In this document: positions 9,762-19,687 of the stretch, one piece after another
Position numbering within the stretch: the stretch's first letter is position 1
How the letters are laid out: each line of letters starts with the position of its first letter
Assembly: GCA_944390895.1 (NCBI GenBank)
Contig: CALXRQ010000002.1
Span: 12,016-76,015, forward strand
Length of the DNA: 64,000 nt
Reading direction: 5' to 3'
DNA from: an uncultured Alphaproteobacteria bacterium
GTDB lineage: Bacteria; Pseudomonadota; Alphaproteobacteria; RF32; CAG-239
Made by a program: the position numbers and the translations under genes
The notes under the pieces: generated by a model
The model's input: the letters and a program-made list of their open reading frames with translations, nothing else
What the model was told of the DNA's origin: nothing
Database searches by the model: none

Positions 9762-9852
9762 TGGCGGATAGAGTGAGATTCGAACTCACGGTACGCTTTA
9801 GACGTACACACGATTTCCAATCGTGCGCCTTCGACCACTCGGCCATCTATCC
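9762..9852 (-). tRNA. tRNA-Ser (anticodon GGA), long variable arm, encoded CCA
   Basis: The reverse complement is GGATAGATGGCCGAGTGGTCGAAGGCGCACGATTGGAAATCGTG...GTTCGAATCTCACTCTATCCGCCA. The anticodon loop is TTGGAAA. Confidence 0.9.
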
Positions 9853-9930
9853 ATTCACATCGCCAACAATTAAGCATACTTAAAAATTAAAAGCAAGCAA
9901 ATTTGTGAGCGATGTTGAATTTTTTTATAA

Positions 9931-11550
9931 TTATAAACTGTTGCCGAGCTTTTCTGCCAGAATTTTACCGGCCAAGTTGCTGTTGGCTGCGCCGTATATG
10001 TCCACGCCGCCCTGCTGCTTGGTTCTCTTTTGGGTCATTTCTTCACCGCTGTTGAGCAGGCTGACCAGCCCTTTGACCGGAATATGCGCCATATCCGGAC
10101 GGTTGCTGACCTCATAACCGACTTCGTACAGATTCTTGCGCAGAATTTCCAGAGCCAGCATCGGTTCGGCTTCACTGCGACCGTCCAGGAAAGAACGTGT
10201 GGCAACCTCAATCATCGGAGCCACGGCACGGTTGGCCCAGGCTTCTTTTTCCGGATTGGTTACGTTTTTGTCGGTGCCGTTGGCGCGTTTGACAATCTCT
10301 CCGGTTGCGGCAAAGGTTTCGGCAACCACCGGTCCGAGATAACCGCTGATGGAACGGTACATTCCGGCAATGTCACGGGTTTCGGGGTGTTTCTTTTTGC
10401 GTTCGGTAATCGAAAGGCCCGGTTCGCCGGCAAAATCCAAAAACTTCAAATCGCCGTCTTTGGTAACCAGAACCTGTCCCAGATGAAAATCGCCGTGAAC
10501 GCGGACAATGTTGCTCTGTTTTTCGCCGCTGCTGAGCAGGCTGATGTTGCGTTTTACAAAACTCTGCGTCAGCTTGTCCCAGTTCTCAATCAGCTTTTGG
10601 GTCTGTTCTCTGGTTTCTCCGTCCAGATTTTGAATGTTCTGTTCAATGGTTCTCTTGGTCTGATAGAGCAGGACGTTCAGATTCTTTTCGTATCCGCGCA
10701 GATAATCGGCATCCACCGGCTGCGGTTCAAAATCGGGATTGCCGTTGGGACGGGAAAGGCATTCGGACATTTCCGTCGTTTTGTGTCCGAGGTTTTTCAT
10801 CATCTCTATGAAAGCCGGATGATCGTTAATGTCAATTTCGTCTTGTCCGTTGGCCTGAGCCTCGTTCAGCGCGCCGACCAGATAGTTGTTGGCAAATTCC
10901 CAGAGGTCGCCGCGGTTGGGAACAAATTCCTGCACGATTCCCAGCGTGGCGATTTTGCCGCCGGGTTCTTTCATGATAAACGCGCCGTAAGTTTTGGGCA
11001 TGGCCGAACAGTCGGCTTCCATGAGTTTTGCATTCATTTCAACCTCGGTGCTGACGCCGAAATCGCTTTCGATCATACGATCCTGTTTGAAAGCGATGGC
11101 ATTGTCGCCGACTTTGATAGTGGTGTTGCTTTGTTCGACGTTCAGAGGTTTGGATGCCGAATGCATATTGTCTTGAATGATTTTTTTGTCGCCGATGTTG
11201 TGATAACGGACGACGGCGCCGCTGTTGAACATAACTTCATTATGATTTTCCTTGAAAAAGTCCATCAGGGCCGACCAGTAGTCCGGCGCCTTCATGGCGT
11301 CATACATTTCCTCGCCGTTGATGATAACGCTTTCGACGTCGTCCAAGTGTCCCCGGGCCATCGGCATAAAGAATGTCCGTTCCGAACCGTCTTCAAGTTT
11401 GGCGGTGCCCAGAGTGAAAAATTTCTGTCCGTTGTCAAACGGAACCGAATCCAACTGAATATCAACTACCTGTCCGTCGGCAATGGCCTGTTTAAAACCG
11501 CACCACCGCTGAGAATGAATGTAGTTAATAAGTTCATTATTTCCTTTCAT
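9931..11550 (-). CDS. maltokinase-like (Mak/Pep2 family, aminoglycoside-phosphotransferase fold)
   Basis: It has HGDFHLGQVLV and DFAGEP catalytic-loop motifs, a length of about 540 aa, and lies next to malQ. Confidence 0.65.
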   Translation of the reverse strand: MKGNNELINYIHSQRWCGFKQAIADGQVVDIQLDSVPFDNGQKFFTLGTAKLEDGSERTFFMPMARGHLDDVESVIINGEEMYDAMKAPDYWSALMDFFKENHNEVMFNSGAVVRYHNIGDKKIIQDNMHSASKPLNVEQSNTTIKVGDNAIAFKQDRMIESDFGVSTEVEMNAKLMEADCSAMPKTYGAFIMKEPGGKIATLGIVQEFVPNRGDLWEFANNYLVGALNEAQANGQDEIDINDHPAFIEMMKNLGHKTTEMSECLSRPNGNPDFEPQPVDADYLRGYEKNLNVLLYQTKRTIEQNIQNLDGETREQTQKLIENWDKLTQSFVKRNISLLSSGEKQSNIVRVHGDFHLGQVLVTKDGDLKFLDFAGEPGLSITERKKKHPETRDIAGMYRSISGYLGPVVAETFAATGEIVKRANGTDKNVTNPEKEAWANRAVAPMIEVATRSFLDGRSEAEPMLALEILRKNLYEVGYEVSNRPDMAHIPVKGLVSLLNSGEEMTQKRTKQQGGVDIYGAANSNLAGKILAEKLGNSL

Positions 11551-11666
11551 AAAATCTCTCCTATTGATTATAATGAGTCTAAATTAAAATGAATCTACAA
11601 GATTTCAACATAATTTTGCGAAAAAAATAAAAATTGTTGATAAAATGACAAAATTAGGAGCTTTTT

Positions 11667-13877
11667 ATGTCTAAAATCGAGGAATTAGCCAAAATTGCCG
11701 GCGTATCATCAGAATATACCGATAAAGTTGGACAGATTCACTATACGACAGATGAGGTCAGGAAGTGTTTTTTGAAGGATATGGGATATCCGTGCGATTC
11801 GGATTCGGAAATTGACGCAACGATAAAAAAACTTGACGAAACTCCGTGGCGGGAAGGTCTGGATTGCGTAAACGCCTTTTTCACCGATGAACAGGACACT
11901 TCGGTCAGATTGCATATTCCCGAAGCCGATCGGAAAGACGCCGCCGTTTTTGAAATTGAAGATGAAAACGGGCGCATTATCAAAGGGCGGACAGAACTTT
12001 CTTCCCTGCCGGTTTTGGAACGCAGAAACATCGACGGTACTGAATATGTTATGCTGGCGCCGGTCTTTTTTGCCAAACTCACGCCCGGGTACTATCACCT
12101 GACCGTAACCGTCGGCGGACAGAAATATCAGAGCATGATCATTATGGCGCTGCCGAAGTGTTATCTGGTAGACGGCATTGCCGAAGAAAAGTTCCGCGTA
12201 TACGGGCTGGCGGTTCAGCTTTATGCGCTGCGTTCCAAAGGCAATATGGGCATTGGCGATTTTACCGATTTGAAAAACGTCATTAAACTGGTGGCGAAAA
12301 ACGGCGGCGATATCGTCGGTGTCAATCCGCTCGGAGCCATGTTTCCCGAAAGCCGCTCCGATGTTTCTCCGTATCGCACTTTAAGCCGCGTTTATCTGAA
12401 CTATGCCTACATCGACTTGACCGCTGTTCCCGAATATCAGGAGGCGCCGCAGGTTCGGGCTTTGGCGGAAACGCCCGATGTCAAAGCCGGAATTGAACAT
12501 CTCCGCCGTTTGGACAAGGTTGACTATTACGGTGTCTTTAAGCTCAAGCTGCAGTTGCTGAGGGCAATGTACGATTATTTCAAGAGCGAGCATTTGAATG
12601 CGGAAAAAGGCATTTCGCCGCGCGGCCGCGCTTTTCTTGATTTTGTAAAAGAAAAAGGCGAAAAGTTTGAGAATATATGCCTTTTTGAGGCGCTTCTGGA
12701 AAAACACGGCATTGACGGTACCCGCAACGACTGGCGCTATTGGCCGTATAATTATGATAAAATCCGCTCTTTCCATACCCGCGAATTTGCCAAAATGAAT
12801 CGGGAACTGATGGATTTTTACGCTTATTGCCACTGGCTGGCGGATATCCAGTTGGCTGAAGCCGCGGAACTGTGTCAAAAGCTGGGCATGAAGGTCGGTT
12901 TATATCTCGATTCGCCGATTGGCGCGGCCTCCAGTGGTGTCGAGGTTTGGGAAAACCGCAGCATTTTTGCCGAAAATATGGGGATCGGCGCGCCGGCCGA
13001 TCCAATGCGTCCGCGCGGTCAAAGCTGGGGGTTCGCACCATATCATCCTCAAAAACTCCGCATGGCCTATTATGAGCCTTTCATTCATTTGATTCGTGAA
13101 AATATGAAACATGCCAAGGCGCTGCGCATAGACCACGCCATGGGGCTGATGCGCCTGTTCTGGGTTTATTTCGTTCAGAACAATCCGGTAGTGCAGGGAG
13201 CCTATGTCTATTATAATATGAAAGAGATGGTCGCCATTCTTTCCATTGAAAGCCACCGCGCCAAATGTATGGTCATCGGTGAAGATCTGGGAACCGTACC
13301 GCCGGGATTCCGGGAGTATATGTTTGAACACGGCTTGCTTTCCAACAAGGTTTTCTTCCGTCAGAAAGACAAAGACGGTTCTTATCTTGCGCCTGATAAA
13401 TATCAGTATTTGTCTCTGGCGCAGGCCAGTACGCATGATCAGGCCACGGCCTACGGCTACTGGCTGGACGAAGACATCAACACTTTTAACGGCTGCAGCC
13501 TGTATGTAAACGAAGAACAGTTCAAAAACAATCTGGCCGCGCGGGCTTCCGAGCGCGCGTTGCTTATCCGGGCTTTCAGCGAGCAGAACACTTTCTGTGA
13601 TGAAAAATGTCTTGAAGACGCCAAGGCCAAACTGGACGGACACAGTGTTCCCGACCGGCTGGAATATGCCGTCAACCAGTATGTTGCCCGCACCAAAAGC
13701 GCCATCTTTTTGCAACGCATAGAAGATATATACGGTCAGGTGGTAATGGAAAACGTCCCCGGCACCACGCACGAATATCCGAACTGGCGCGTGAAATTGA
13801 ATATTGATGTCGAAGATATGGAAACCGACGGGCGGTTTCGCTCAATCTTTGACGTCATCCGCGCCGAACGGAGTTAG
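11667..13877 (+). CDS. malQ: 4-alpha-glucanotransferase (amylomaltase, GH77, long form)
   Basis: It has RIDHAMGLMRLFW, GEDLGTVP and HDQ motifs, and the N-terminal extension typical of long MalQ. Confidence 0.9.
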   Translation: MSKIEELAKIAGVSSEYTDKVGQIHYTTDEVRKCFLKDMGYPCDSDSEIDATIKKLDETPWREGLDCVNAFFTDEQDTSVRLHIPEADRKDAAVFEIEDENGRIIKGRTELSSLPVLERRNIDGTEYVMLAPVFFAKLTPGYYHLTVTVGGQKYQSMIIMALPKCYLVDGIAEEKFRVYGLAVQLYALRSKGNMGIGDFTDLKNVIKLVAKNGGDIVGVNPLGAMFPESRSDVSPYRTLSRVYLNYAYIDLTAVPEYQEAPQVRALAETPDVKAGIEHLRRLDKVDYYGVFKLKLQLLRAMYDYFKSEHLNAEKGISPRGRAFLDFVKEKGEKFENICLFEALLEKHGIDGTRNDWRYWPYNYDKIRSFHTREFAKMNRELMDFYAYCHWLADIQLAEAAELCQKLGMKVGLYLDSPIGAASSGVEVWENRSIFAENMGIGAPADPMRPRGQSWGFAPYHPQKLRMAYYEPFIHLIRENMKHAKALRIDHAMGLMRLFWVYFVQNNPVVQGAYVYYNMKEMVAILSIESHRAKCMVIGEDLGTVPPGFREYMFEHGLLSNKVFFRQKDKDGSYLAPDKYQYLSLAQASTHDQATAYGYWLDEDINTFNGCSLYVNEEQFKNNLAARASERALLIRAFSEQNTFCDEKCLEDAKAKLDGHSVPDRLEYAVNQYVARTKSAIFLQRIEDIYGQVVMENVPGTTHEYPNWRVKLNIDVEDMETDGRFRSIFDVIRAERS

Positions 13878-13886
13878 CTTTCAGTC

Positions 13887-13912
13887 CAAGCGCCGTTTCG
13901 GCGCTTTCTTTT
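13887..13912 (+). terminator. Rho-independent terminator after malQ
   Basis: The hairpin is AAGCGCCG tttc GGCGCTT, followed by a T-rich run. Confidence 0.65.
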
Positions 13913-13983
13913 TGGAATACATAAAATATTAAGGTTTATTATATATTCTCTGCCCATAAATTAAATTGATGAGAACGTTTACT

Positions 13984-15111
13984 ATGAAAAGACTTTTGAT
14001 AATTGCCTGTTTTTTGGTATCATTCCCATCTCCGCTCCGGGCCGGACATTTTGAGTTTGACGCATCCGGGCTGATGGGCGGCTACTATGGCATAGCCCAA
14101 ACCCGCAAACACGATAATGTTAAAAACAATCCCTACCGCTGGGTTTACCGTGCGGATGTTTCCGTAAAGCTCAATTATCGTCTCTCCGAAGAACATTATT
14201 TGGGGCTGCATACCAGCAATACGCTGGTTTTGCGGGATCCGGACACTTCTTATCCGCACGGCGACTGGCGCTTCTATCCGTATCTGGTGGATGAATCCCC
14301 TTGGGGAAAATTTACGGCCGGTTATACTTACAATGCCGCCTATCTTTTGCATAAAGGTGCGCGGGATATTACGTTTTTTAAAATTGACGATTCCAATATG
14401 ACCTATTTTCTGAGCAATCCGAACTGGAACAACGGCCGCAAATCCGTCAGCTATCAGACGCCGAAGTCCACTTCGATCATGAATGACGGCCGTGCTGCCA
14501 AGTTTAGCTATTTTACGCCCCGGTTGGGCAATACGGTGCTGGGTTTTTCTTATGCGCCGGACAATGCCAGCCGCCGGGGTACCGGCAGCCGCTATCTTGA
14601 CTACGAAACGCCGGAAGACGGCTATGTTGCCGCCATGCAAAACAAATGGCAGATACAGGATACCGAAATTTATACTTCGTTCGGCTATGGCATTTTCAAC
14701 CGAACCGATAAGGAAGCCTCTTTCGGTCTCACGCTGATACGCGGGCATTGGAATATGGGAATGGGCTATAAAAAAGCCTATATTGACGGGAATAAAAATC
14801 CGATTACCACAGTCTCCGATAATCCACAGACGCCGGCATATTTTGACAATTTCAGAGAATCCCGGGCCTGGAACTTCAGCATCGGCTGTCAATACGGCGC
14901 CTGGAAAAGCAATTTGGCCTACCTGCATACCAAAGCCGACAACACGCGTAATCGCGACGATCTCTGGGTATTTTCCAACCTTTATGCCTTGACGGAGCAT
15001 TTTGAGCTTTATCTGGTCGGCTCTTATCTGAATGCCAAAGGGCTTTCCCGTGCCGGCAACGACAATAATCGCGGGTACGCGGTGGTTACGGGCGTGGGTT
15101 TCCGCTTTTAA
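13984..15111 (+). CDS. outer-membrane porin (beta-barrel)
   Basis: It has a signal peptide (MKRLLIIACFLVSFPSPLRA), alternating beta-strand pattern, abundant Tyr/Gly/Asn and a C-terminal GVGFRF ending in Phe. Confidence 0.6.
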   Translation: MKRLLIIACFLVSFPSPLRAGHFEFDASGLMGGYYGIAQTRKHDNVKNNPYRWVYRADVSVKLNYRLSEEHYLGLHTSNTLVLRDPDTSYPHGDWRFYPYLVDESPWGKFTAGYTYNAAYLLHKGARDITFFKIDDSNMTYFLSNPNWNNGRKSVSYQTPKSTSIMNDGRAAKFSYFTPRLGNTVLGFSYAPDNASRRGTGSRYLDYETPEDGYVAAMQNKWQIQDTEIYTSFGYGIFNRTDKEASFGLTLIRGHWNMGMGYKKAYIDGNKNPITTVSDNPQTPAYFDNFRESRAWNFSIGCQYGAWKSNLAYLHTKADNTRNRDDLWVFSNLYALTEHFELYLVGSYLNAKGLSRAGNDNNRGYAVVTGVGFRF

Positions 15112-15159
15112 AAATTTTTGAAGATGATGCCTCCCGATATCTGGCGTAACGGTATTTTT

Positions 15160-16047
15160 TTAACTGATTTTGATTTTAAGTTCCGGCGGATAATCGGGCC
15201 AGGCGCCATGTTGCGTGCAGACGTATGCTGCAACGTCGGCAGCGTTTTGATGCGCTTCGCGCAAGCTTTTGCCTTTAAGAATGCCGCAGATAAACGTTCC
15301 GGAAAAGGCATCGCCGGCACCGACCGTGTCCGCGACCTTTACCTGCGGGGTTTCCAGATAAGATGTTTCGTTGGCGGTATAAATAATGCTGTATTTTTCG
15401 CCGGCCGTGAAAATCAAATACCGCAGGTTATATTTTTTCAGCAGTAAGCGGCATACTTCCTCATCGTTGCCGTCAAGTCCGAACAGACTGCGAACCGTCA
15501 GAATTTCTTCATCATTGATTTTGAATACGCTGGACTTTTGCAGCAGCTCTTCGACCAGTTCGCGGGAATAGTACCCGCGGCGCAGGTTAATGTCAAAAAA
15601 CTTCAAGGCGGCCGGATTGCTTTCGTCAATCAGTTTCAGAATGTTTTGCCGGGATTCTTTGTGTCTCAGCGCCAGCGTGCCGAAACATACGGCATCAGCC
15701 CGGCGCAGAACATTTTGTGCCCTGACGGTAAAGGGAATATGATCCCAGGCCACGTTTTCTACAATCGTATAAGAGGGAATGCCGTTTTCAAGCGTCACAT
15801 CGACATATCCGGTCGGATAGTCTGAACGCTCGACAATATGCAGGATGTTTTTCTTGTCCAGTTCGGCGATAATCTCGCGGCCGAAACCATCATTTCCCAC
15901 CGCGCTGATGGCATAGCCTTCGGCGCCGTTTTGCGCCGCGTGATATACAAAGTTGACAGGCGCGCCGCCGGCACGTTTCCCGCCGGGCAACATATCCCAT
16001 AACAGTTCGCCGATTCCGACGACAACAGGGGCGTTACGTTTTGTCAT
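15160..16047 (-). CDS. PfkB-family sugar kinase (fructokinase-like)
   Basis: It has GIGELLWD at the N-terminus and the DTVGAGDAF anion-hole motif near the C-terminus. The start was moved to ATG 16047, because the longer track ORF would run into the tRNA. Confidence 0.85.
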   Translation of the reverse strand: MTKRNAPVVVGIGELLWDMLPGGKRAGGAPVNFVYHAAQNGAEGYAISAVGNDGFGREIIAELDKKNILHIVERSDYPTGYVDVTLENGIPSYTIVENVAWDHIPFTVRAQNVLRRADAVCFGTLALRHKESRQNILKLIDESNPAALKFFDINLRRGYYSRELVEELLQKSSVFKINDEEILTVRSLFGLDGNDEEVCRLLLKKYNLRYLIFTAGEKYSIIYTANETSYLETPQVKVADTVGAGDAFSGTFICGILKGKSLREAHQNAADVAAYVCTQHGAWPDYPPELKIKIS

Positions 16048-16070
16048 GGCATTCTCGCTAAAAAAATCAA

Positions 16071-16147
<77 letters not shown>

Positions 16148-16328
16148 GCAACAGTTTTCTTATAATTTTATTTTGCCGAAAGTTCAAGCTCTATTTGCGC
16201 CGCCGGGCATTAATCATACCGCGGCAATGGCGAAAAATACCTTTTTTATTGCCAAATTTTAAACTTGTGCTAATTTTTGCAACGTTTAGAGACTATTTTC
16301 TGATTGTATAATTTTAACTTTTATTTTT

Positions 16329-17879
16329 ATGTACAACGAAGTTATTTATGAGATTTATCCGTTGACGTTTAATTATGCGCCGGGTAGCAAGAGTGATCCT
16401 TATCCCGGGTGTTACGGCAATTTGAAAGGCATTACGGCCATGGCGGACTATGTCGCCTCGCTGGGTGTGGATGCCGTATGGATTGCGCCGTTTTTCCGCT
16501 GGGATCGTAATGGTTTCGGTTATGATATCACCGACTATTACCGGATTGATCCGATGTTTGGCACTTTGGATGATTTCAGAGAGCTGTGCGCGGCTTATCA
16601 TGACCGCGGCGTTAAGGTGTTCATAGATCAGGTGTATAATCACTGTTCCGCCAATCATCCGTGGTTTCGGCAGAGCATTAAAAAAAGCGGGCCTTATGCC
16701 GACTATTTTGTCTGGCATGATGCCGTTGGTTTTGATGGTGAAGGAAAACCGGTCGCGCCGAACAACTGGCCGTCCAAATGGGATGTTGCCGGCGAAAGTG
16801 CCTGGACCTGGAATGAAGAACGCAGGCAGTTTTATCTGCACAGTTTTGATTATACCATGCCCAACCTGAACATTAACAACCCCGAAGTCCGTCGGGAACT
16901 GCTGAAAATTTCCGAATATTGGTTTGATTTGGGGGCTGACGGTTTTCGTCTTGATGCAACGACGCACTACGGTTACGATGAACTGTTTCGCAACAATCCT
17001 CTGGATGAAACCGGCGAACAGATACGCGTCTATGACATCAATAACCGTATCGGCGCCGAATTTCTTGACGCGCTGAAAGCTTTGGCGGGTTCTTATGCCC
17101 CGGCCAAGACGTTGCTGGCGGAATATGTTTTTGACAAAGGAAAACGCGGCAATGACAAAGGCGTGCAAACGGTGAGGGAAAGCGTCTGCGATTCGTTTTA
17201 TATCGGTTCGCTGCGCGGAACACTGGAAGATTTTCGGTGCCGCGTGACAAAAGCGCTGCAAGTTTCGCCGCAGGGCAAAAAGCTCAACTGGGCGTTTAGC
17301 AACCATGATATGGAGCGTGCGGTTACCCGCTTGTGGGGAAATGATTTTTCCGCGGCCAAAAGCGCCATGCTGATGGATTTGCTGCTGACTTTGCCTGGCA
17401 GTGTCTGTATTTTTCAGGGTGATGAATTGGGAATGCCCAATCCGCTGGATTTGCAAGCCTGCAAAAATCCCGCCCGTGATCCGCGCGATGTCTGGTCGAT
17501 TGCGAACAATCCTTGGGCCGGTGCGCGCACCGGCTTTTGTGTAAATGCGGCTTCCCATGGCAATATGGCTCTTCATCCGGATGAACGACAGATCTCGTTT
17601 TGCATTGAAGCACAGGAGAAAGATCCTTATTCAACGCTTAATCAAGTGCGGGAGGCAATTAAGAACCGTCGGAAAAGCATATTTTCCCGTCTCGGAGACA
17701 TCACTTTTCTCGATGTTCCCGGCTGCCCGGATGTCATATCGTTTATTCGTTCGGACGAAACCGGTGAGAATAACATTCTGTGTATGTATAATTTCGGCGA
17801 AACGTCTGCCGTTGTTTCGCATCGGAACCGGCAATATGTTCTGCCGCCGGAAACCAAAAAACACGAACCGCTTCTCTGA
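16329..17879 (+). CDS. GH13 alpha-glucosidase / oligo-1,6-glucosidase-like
   Basis: It has VIYEIYP, GVDAVWIAPFF, GYDITDYYRIDPMFGT, DQVYNHCS, GFRLDA and NHD conserved regions. Confidence 0.85.
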   Translation: MYNEVIYEIYPLTFNYAPGSKSDPYPGCYGNLKGITAMADYVASLGVDAVWIAPFFRWDRNGFGYDITDYYRIDPMFGTLDDFRELCAAYHDRGVKVFIDQVYNHCSANHPWFRQSIKKSGPYADYFVWHDAVGFDGEGKPVAPNNWPSKWDVAGESAWTWNEERRQFYLHSFDYTMPNLNINNPEVRRELLKISEYWFDLGADGFRLDATTHYGYDELFRNNPLDETGEQIRVYDINNRIGAEFLDALKALAGSYAPAKTLLAEYVFDKGKRGNDKGVQTVRESVCDSFYIGSLRGTLEDFRCRVTKALQVSPQGKKLNWAFSNHDMERAVTRLWGNDFSAAKSAMLMDLLLTLPGSVCIFQGDELGMPNPLDLQACKNPARDPRDVWSIANNPWAGARTGFCVNAASHGNMALHPDERQISFCIEAQEKDPYSTLNQVREAIKNRRKSIFSRLGDITFLDVPGCPDVISFIRSDETGENNILCMYNFGETSAVVSHRNRQYVLPPETKKHEPLL

Positions 17880-17895
17880 ACGGGCAAATCTCTGT

Positions 17896-17932
17896 AAAAA
17901 CAAAAGCCGCCGAAACATTTCGGCGGCTTTTG
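17896..17932. terminator. bidirectional hairpin terminator (AAAGCCGCCGAAA/TTTCGGCGGCTTT)
   Basis: A 13-bp perfect inverted repeat lies between convergent genes. Confidence 0.8.
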
Positions 17933-17937
17933 TCACG

Positions 17938-19059
17938 TTAGGATTGTTTTCCGGCCAGCTTGTCTAAAAAGCGGATCTGAATGTCGGCGATTTTTTCCAC
18001 ACTGTCAACCTCAACATATTCGCCCGGCGCGTGCATGCCTTCACCGCTGCCGGAATGCATAATGACGGTTGAACCGCGGACGGCAAATGCGCGGGAATCC
18101 GTTGCGCCGCCGATATGTTCAAACTCGATTTTCTGTCCGAGAATTTGTTCGGCAAAACGTTTGTAGTCCAAGATATGGGGATTACTTTCGTCCATAACCA
18201 CCGGCGTGCTTTCCGAGGAAATTTTGTAGCTGACACCGGGAACCATGCAACGGTCCAGATTTTTCTTAAGGTTTTCCACGCTGGAATTTTCCGTCAGGCG
18301 AAAGTCGAGAACCGCCTCGGCCTCACCGGCAATAATGTTGGAAACTTCGCCGCCTTTCATAATGGCAACGTGAACCGTGTCAATCCACTGATCCTGGGGC
18401 TGAACACCGCCTTTGGAATAATAAGGATATATTTTGCGGATGTTGGACAGGGTCTGCATCAAGAGCTCATTGGCATCCACGCCGTCCCACGGCGTTGAAC
18501 CGTGCGCAGCCTCGCCTTGGGCCGATATTTTGACAAAGACCGGGTTTTTGCATTTGGTAATGATTTTCAAAATATCGCCGCCGACATCGTTGTCCAAAAC
18601 GATTTTCGCCCGCAGGTCAGGATGCGCTTCCATAAAGGCATGCGTGCTTTTGGAACCTTTTTCTTCGTCGGTTGAAAGAATGACGCCGAACTTTATCGGC
18701 AGCTTGTTTTTCAGTACGTGTTCCAGCGAGTTAAGGGCAACGGCGGCAAAAGACTTCATGTCAAGAGAGCCACGGCCGAAAAGTTTTCCGTCCCGGATAT
18801 ACGGGGTGAACATTTCGTCAGCAGCCGGAACCACATCCAAATGTCCCAGACACAAGACGTCATATTCGCTGCTTTCGCCGTTGTGCAGGAACAATACCGG
18901 AGAGACGCCCTGGTATTCGAAAATGCCGCCCTTGGCGCCGGTATCCCTGAACAGATTCGTAATATATTCCAGACATTTGCGGATTTCTTCTGCGTTTCCG
19001 GTTTCGGTGCGAAATTTCATCAGCGTCTGAGCCAGCTCGATAACGTTCATTATTTTCAT
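17938..19059 (-). CDS. M20-family metallopeptidase (ArgE/DapE-like deacylase)
   Basis: It has GHLDVVP, GRGSLDMK and STDEE metal-ligand motifs. Confidence 0.85.
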   Translation of the reverse strand: MKIMNVIELAQTLMKFRTETGNAEEIRKCLEYITNLFRDTGAKGGIFEYQGVSPVLFLHNGESSEYDVLCLGHLDVVPAADEMFTPYIRDGKLFGRGSLDMKSFAAVALNSLEHVLKNKLPIKFGVILSTDEEKGSKSTHAFMEAHPDLRAKIVLDNDVGGDILKIITKCKNPVFVKISAQGEAAHGSTPWDGVDANELLMQTLSNIRKIYPYYSKGGVQPQDQWIDTVHVAIMKGGEVSNIIAGEAEAVLDFRLTENSSVENLKKNLDRCMVPGVSYKISSESTPVVMDESNPHILDYKRFAEQILGQKIEFEHIGGATDSRAFAVRGSTVIMHSGSGEGMHAPGEYVEVDSVEKIADIQIRFLDKLAGKQS

Positions 19060-19144
19060 TCCTCTCTCAATTTTTTACGTTTTGTTTAATATATGTAGTT
19101 ATAATTATCTCAAATAAAATAATAAATAATTAAAAGAGGATCAA

Positions 19145-19651
19145 ATGAAGGCGGTTTTTACGGCAATTTTCGGTCTGATGCTGGCGATGACGTCCGCTCA
19201 GGCGCAAACCCTCCCCGATGACGGCGAAAGCGGTTTGGCGCTACCGCGTTTTGCGTCTCTGCGCTCAAATTATATCAATGCCCGTTCCGGTCCCGGCGCC
19301 CGTTACCCGATAGAATGGGTTTATATGCAGAAAAACGCTCCGGTTGAAATCCGGGCCGAATTTGAACTGTGGCGCAAAATAAAAGACTGGCAGGGGTCGG
19401 AATCCTGGGTGCATAAGTCCATGCTTGCCGGCAAGCGTTTTGTTAAGGTCATTACGCCCGGAGAAAACAACATTTACAATAAAGCCGACTATAAGTCCCG
19501 GATCATTGCCAAAGTTGAAGACGAGGTTGTCGGCGAGGTAATAAAATGTCCGGCCGACAATGCTTTTTGCCGGGTTCAGTTTGCAAGTGTCGAAGGCTGG
19601 ATTCCCAAAAGCAACCTTTTCGGCGTTTATCCGAATGAAGTAATTGATTAA
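19145..19651 (+). CDS. secreted SH3-like domain protein (SH3_4/DUF1058-like)
   Basis: A signal peptide is followed by LPRFASLRSNYINARSGPGARYPIEWVY...W.KI.D..G.EGW and a second SH3-like half. I recall this pattern from alphaproteobacteria. Confidence 0.65.
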   Translation: MKAVFTAIFGLMLAMTSAQAQTLPDDGESGLALPRFASLRSNYINARSGPGARYPIEWVYMQKNAPVEIRAEFELWRKIKDWQGSESWVHKSMLAGKRFVKVITPGENNIYNKADYKSRIIAKVEDEVVGEVIKCPADNAFCRVQFASVEGWIPKSNLFGVYPNEVID

Positions 19652-19681
19652 AAAAAGCCCTGATAATTCAGGGCTTTTTTA
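19651..19681. terminator. bidirectional hairpin terminator (AAGCCCTGA/TCAGGGCTT)
   Basis: An inverted repeat with an A6 run and a T-run lies between convergent genes. Confidence 0.8.
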
Positions 19682-19687
19682 TCGGAG

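Noticed and set aside
10030-11592. 520-aa plus-strand ORF
   Set aside because: It is the exact antisense mirror of the maltokinase-like gene (9931..11550). Its product is low-complexity with no recognisable motifs, whereas the minus-strand product has clear kinase motifs.
14020-15000. 326-aa minus-strand ORF
   Set aside because: It is antisense to the porin gene. It has no signal or motifs, and such ORFs are typical of open antisense frames.
16314-17576. 420-aa minus-strand ORF
   Set aside because: It is antisense to the GH13 glucosidase, which carries all the conserved GH13 regions. The mirror product has no motifs.
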